This document shows, piece after piece, positions 60,383 to 64,000 of a stretch of DNA of 64,000 nucleotides (its first letter is position 1; each line of letters opens with the position of its first letter). Source of the stretch: Klebsormidium nitens (Eukaryota; Plantae; Klebsormidiophyceae); the NCBI GenBank assembly GCA_000708835.1, contig DF237062.1:62001-126000 (forward strand). Reading direction: 5' to 3'. The notes beneath the pieces are model-generated. The model was given only the letters and a program-made list of their open reading frames with translations. It ran no database searches and was not told where the DNA came from. The position numbers and the translations under genes are program-made.

Positions 60383-63262
60383 ATGGCTGCCACGGCTCCA
60401 CCGTCCGCCATGCTTCGGGAGAGTCTGCAGCTGCTGGGCCGGGCCGCGCGCACCGTGAGGGTGCCCGGGGGCGAGCTGGAACGCACGCTGCTCAGGATGG
60501 CGTCCCGCGCAGCGCCGGCATTGCAGAGACTGCCAACGATTCCCGTGACAGATACAAAAGCAGGAGCGGGGATCCTCGACCCACTCCGCAATCTGAGTCC
60601 CGTCTCTTTCCAGCACAAAACGATGCTCCAAAATGCTGGCATTCCTCATTCAAAGACCCAGCCGACGGCAAGGTTCCAATCAGGCGCCGCCAGCTGTCCA
60701 TCTTGCAGATCTCTCCAAACATTCTCAGCCCATCACCGCGCATTCCACTCCAGCCCATCATATGGAGCCAGGCACAAAGCGGGCGCCGGATCTCAGCCTG
60801 CCCCGCTGGACTTCAACAGAACCGCTAAGCGGCTCAGCAGGGGGGGACAGGTGACGACCAGTGCAGTGGCCGGGAGTGCCTCAGCTTTGGACGTCAACAT
60901 CCAGGCGACGGTGCTGGTGGAAGAGACGGTTGACATCGACGATGAGCTGGACGTAAGGAACTTGTGCATGATTGGCATCTGCTTTTAAAGGGGTACCTAT
61001 GCACCTGCTCATACATTCTTGGGACCAGGTTGATTGCTCTTGGCTCCTGAATGCGAAATTCTTAAGGATCCCCGGTGTTTGAGCGATGAAGGAGTGGTGT
61101 AGAGTTGTGGGTCAGCAGCCCATGCATTCTCCACTCTGAAAGTTGAAATGGATAGCTGGCGCCAATTTGTGGGCAGGAAGTCTGCAGCCCTGTGCTTTGA
61201 GGCTCCACAGATCAGTCTGACCTCCTGTGCTGATTTTGACACCGTGAAACTGAGATTCCTTTTCGGCCCAGCAAATATAAAGTCTCTTCTGTCAATAACC
61301 ACGCATTGATCGGGCGTGTTAATCTTGCGCCATGAGCAACGCCCCGGCTCTCACCGTGCAGGCGATTATGGAGGACCTTGAGACCAGTACCCCACTCCTC
61401 GTCCAGGAAGCGCTGAGCAACATTGATGCCACGGAGTTCGAGGGCGTCGAGAACTTGTGGCTGTCTGTCCTGCTATGTACTGACAAGTAAGCGAGCTGCA
61501 TTCTACTTGCAACATGACTTGGAGAGGCAAGCAGCAAGTAATGAGATCCTGGCTGTTATGACAATCAGGTTCCTTTGTCTCTCATCCTGAGGCTGATAAC
61601 AAACTGTTGCTCCCCTGCGGTTTGATCGCCGAAGTCTGAGTTCTTCACCATGAATGGGGCTCCAGCAGTGTTTTACAAGCTTTGAATCCTGTTGTCAATC
61701 TTCTGCAGCACAGGCAATTGCATTATAAGCGCCCCTTCCTTTGCCAGCCCACACCCGTCTGATGTCAAGAAGCCCACTCTTGCCCAGTCTTGAGGAATTT
61801 GAGAACCATCATTTGAAAGAACCATCCTAGTTGCCTAGTTCCAAGGTACCAGATTTTTAAATGGCTACTTGCTTTTGCGGTGCAGCCACATCCAGTCGTC
61901 CAACAAGAAGTGGCGCGGCGAGGACAAGCCGACGGATGTGCTGTCGTTCCCCCAAGAGTGGATCGAGGGGATCCCCGAGGTACTGCTCGGGGATGTCGTC
62001 ATCTCGCTGGACACGGCGCGCAGGCAGGCCGCGGAGCGGGGGCACTCGCTGCTGGACGAGCTGCGGATACTGCTGGTGGGTTAAGCTAACCGGGTTTATT
62101 CCGGTCAATGTTGGAGGTTTGGCAGAGTTGGGGTTTCTCCTGGTGGGTTAGGTTGACCATGAATGCGAACCCGGGGTTAGAGTCTTGTCCCAAAGAAATC
62201 TTGGGGTCTGGGTCTATCACTGGCGGAGGAAAAGTCGTCGTTCCCATCAAATGATGCATGCATCCAAGTTGTAGACGGCTTGCCGCTTGTTCTGGCACAT
62301 GCAACTTCTTTTTCTCAGCTCTTTTACGTCTGCCTTTCTGACGCCCCAGCTTCTGAGGCCCCACAAACTTGCACCCGAGGCGTACCGTCTGCCGCCCTCG
62401 TTGTATTGTACTCTAAAGCTTTCTATCTTGGAAAACGAGTCCCCAATCCAGATCCAGTTGCCTTCCTCGTCAAGCTTCCCCGTTCCTGACGTCCACAATC
62501 TGCAGATCAGTGGGGTTTGAAGTTTGATGCATCGTTCTGGTCTACGACCACGAGGCGAGCGCTGGGACTCTAATTTGAGCATCCTCGACCCCAAAAGTTT
62601 TTGAAGTTTGACTTAGTTCAATACTCGAACGCGAAAGTCTTGCATGGCAAGTTTTTGGCGGGTAGCTGGGGATAAGGACGACAAAGCCGTCGAAAACCTT
62701 GAACCCATCAAACCAAATGACCAAACAAACAATGAGCATCTCTGAATCGCCCAATACCTGCACCCCAGGTTCACGGCCTGCCTCACCGACCCCGAGGCCG
62801 TTGAACCACAACACCCAAAAAAGTCAAAAGAATTTGAACTCCAAATCCGTGAAACCGTACAGTTTCGTTCCCTAATCCGCCCACCATTTCGCACCCTAGG
62901 TTCATGGTTTGCTGCACTTGTTGGATTACGACCATGAGGCGAGCGCAGAGGAGGAGGTCGCGATGGCGGCGGAGGAGCAGCGCATCCTGGAGGCCATGGG
63001 ATGGACGGGAAAGGGCCTCATTGAGGCGATGAGCGGTGAGCGAGCGAAACTGGCGAAACTCAAAGCGCAGGAAACGAATGGTGGAAGAACGGAAGAGATA
63101 GAAACGCAGGAGATGAGAGAAGAGAAAGAGGAGGAGGAGGGGGATTCTGAGAGGTGGGAGACGAACGGTGGGAAAGAAGAGACGAGAGTGTTTGAAAAGC
63201 AGGAGGCTGACGGTGAGAAAGAGGAGACGGAAGAGCCCCGAAAAGCGGGAGACGAACGGTAG
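60383..63262 (+). CDS. YBEY: Endoribonuclease YbeY (UPF0054), organelle-targeted
   Basis: Exons 60383-60952, 61362-61486, 61886-62075 and 62900-63262. Motifs: LSVLLCTD|NHIQSSNKKWRGEDKPTDVLSFP, LLGDVVISLDTARRQA, DELRILL|VHGLLHLLDYDH. The 3' end is uncertain because of a possible donor near 63036. Confidence 0.9.
62769..62804 (+). pseudogene. Pseudo-exon copy of the last YbeY exon start with intact acceptor
   Basis: CAG|GTTCACGGCCTGCCTCAC gives VHGLPHRPRGR*, versus the real TAG|GTTCATGGTTTGCTGCAC (VHGLLH); offset 131 bp. Confidence 0.8.
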
Positions 63263-64000
63263 ATAAGCGGAGGAGCCCAATTTCTGAAGTCGGGGACGGG
63301 GTTTCTCTTGTCAGGATCGAATGTGCTGTGCTACATTCTCTTTCGGTGACACCTTAAGAGGGTGTCATGGAAAGAAGCATGCAAGTGGCGTGGGGCTTGT
63401 GTCAATTCTGTTTCAAGGATGATCTAGCCGGGGGGGGACAAAAGCATTGGGTAGGAGGCCCGTATCTCTGGATTTGGCAGTGCGAGTGGGATTACTCCTG
63501 AGCAAAGATTGGACCAGGCATCCCAGAGGCCAAAACAAGGAGGGTACTTGTGCACTTGTACAAACTTCAAGAGGGCTTAGAATGACCTGTACTTTTCTCG
63601 ACGAGTGGTTTTTCAGACGCATCCAACCGTATTACTTACCTAAGCGCCTCGCTTGAGGGCGTGTACTATATCCTCCGCCGTCGAGTTGGCAAAGGCGTCG
63701 ATTAAATGTTCAAGACTGACGCAACTGACGCCGCGTTGGTCGAAACGGCGTCGGCTGATAGTAGGTCTTGATCAATGTCGAACCAGACGCGGGTAGCCTC
63801 CAAACGGCCTTGGTCGATGAAAACTTCAGATTCACCTCATTGGAGCACGCCACATATACGCTATCAGGATATGTGAGGAATTATTTCCTGCTTTGAGGTT
63901 GTGCAGATCGTGTTTGAAACGAGTCTTGTCAGCTGGATTCAAGAGCTCGCCGTAGCAGACTCCATCATAAGCGCATCGCAGATACACAAACCAAGAGGCT

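Noticed and set aside
522-63656. Most ORFs in the six-frame track (e.g. 522-1028, 5265-5579, 7833-8375, 42641-42973, 49483-50142)
   Set aside because: They are antisense or alternative-frame shadows of GC-rich exons, or intron read-throughs; the real products come from splicing.

Overview
Intron-rich eukaryotic nuclear DNA with GC-rich exons and GT-AG introns of about 160-1100 nt. The gene set is plant-type, so the source is most likely a streptophyte alga such as Klebsormidium (inference). I assembled seven multi-exon genes by hand with consistent reading frames: (1) the 3' part of a plastid-type PRPP synthetase; (2) chaperonin-60 alpha; (3) a divergent KNOX-like homeobox gene that lacks the TALE loop; (4) a 36-exon, ~2,011-aa secreted and probably GPI-anchored protein with 15 Cys-rich CBM52-like repeats, a DUF642-like domain and 2 PAN/Apple modules; (5) a full KNOX gene; (6) a CCR4/nocturnin-type EEP hydrolase; (7) YbeY. 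The most unusual signal is window-wide. Degenerate copies of exon edges, including their splice sites, sit inside neighbouring introns at offsets mostly of ~125-165 bp. They sometimes form ladders of 2-4 copies, and several keep an intact AG acceptor followed by an early stop. Also present are a three-hairpin structured-RNA candidate in a CPN60A intron, a TGACGTCA cluster in KNOX intron 1, perfect hairpins, a GTAC-rich tract and decayed ORF relics. I recognised no tRNA, rRNA, CRISPR array or intact transposase. Exon coordinates were counted by hand and may be off by a few bases.
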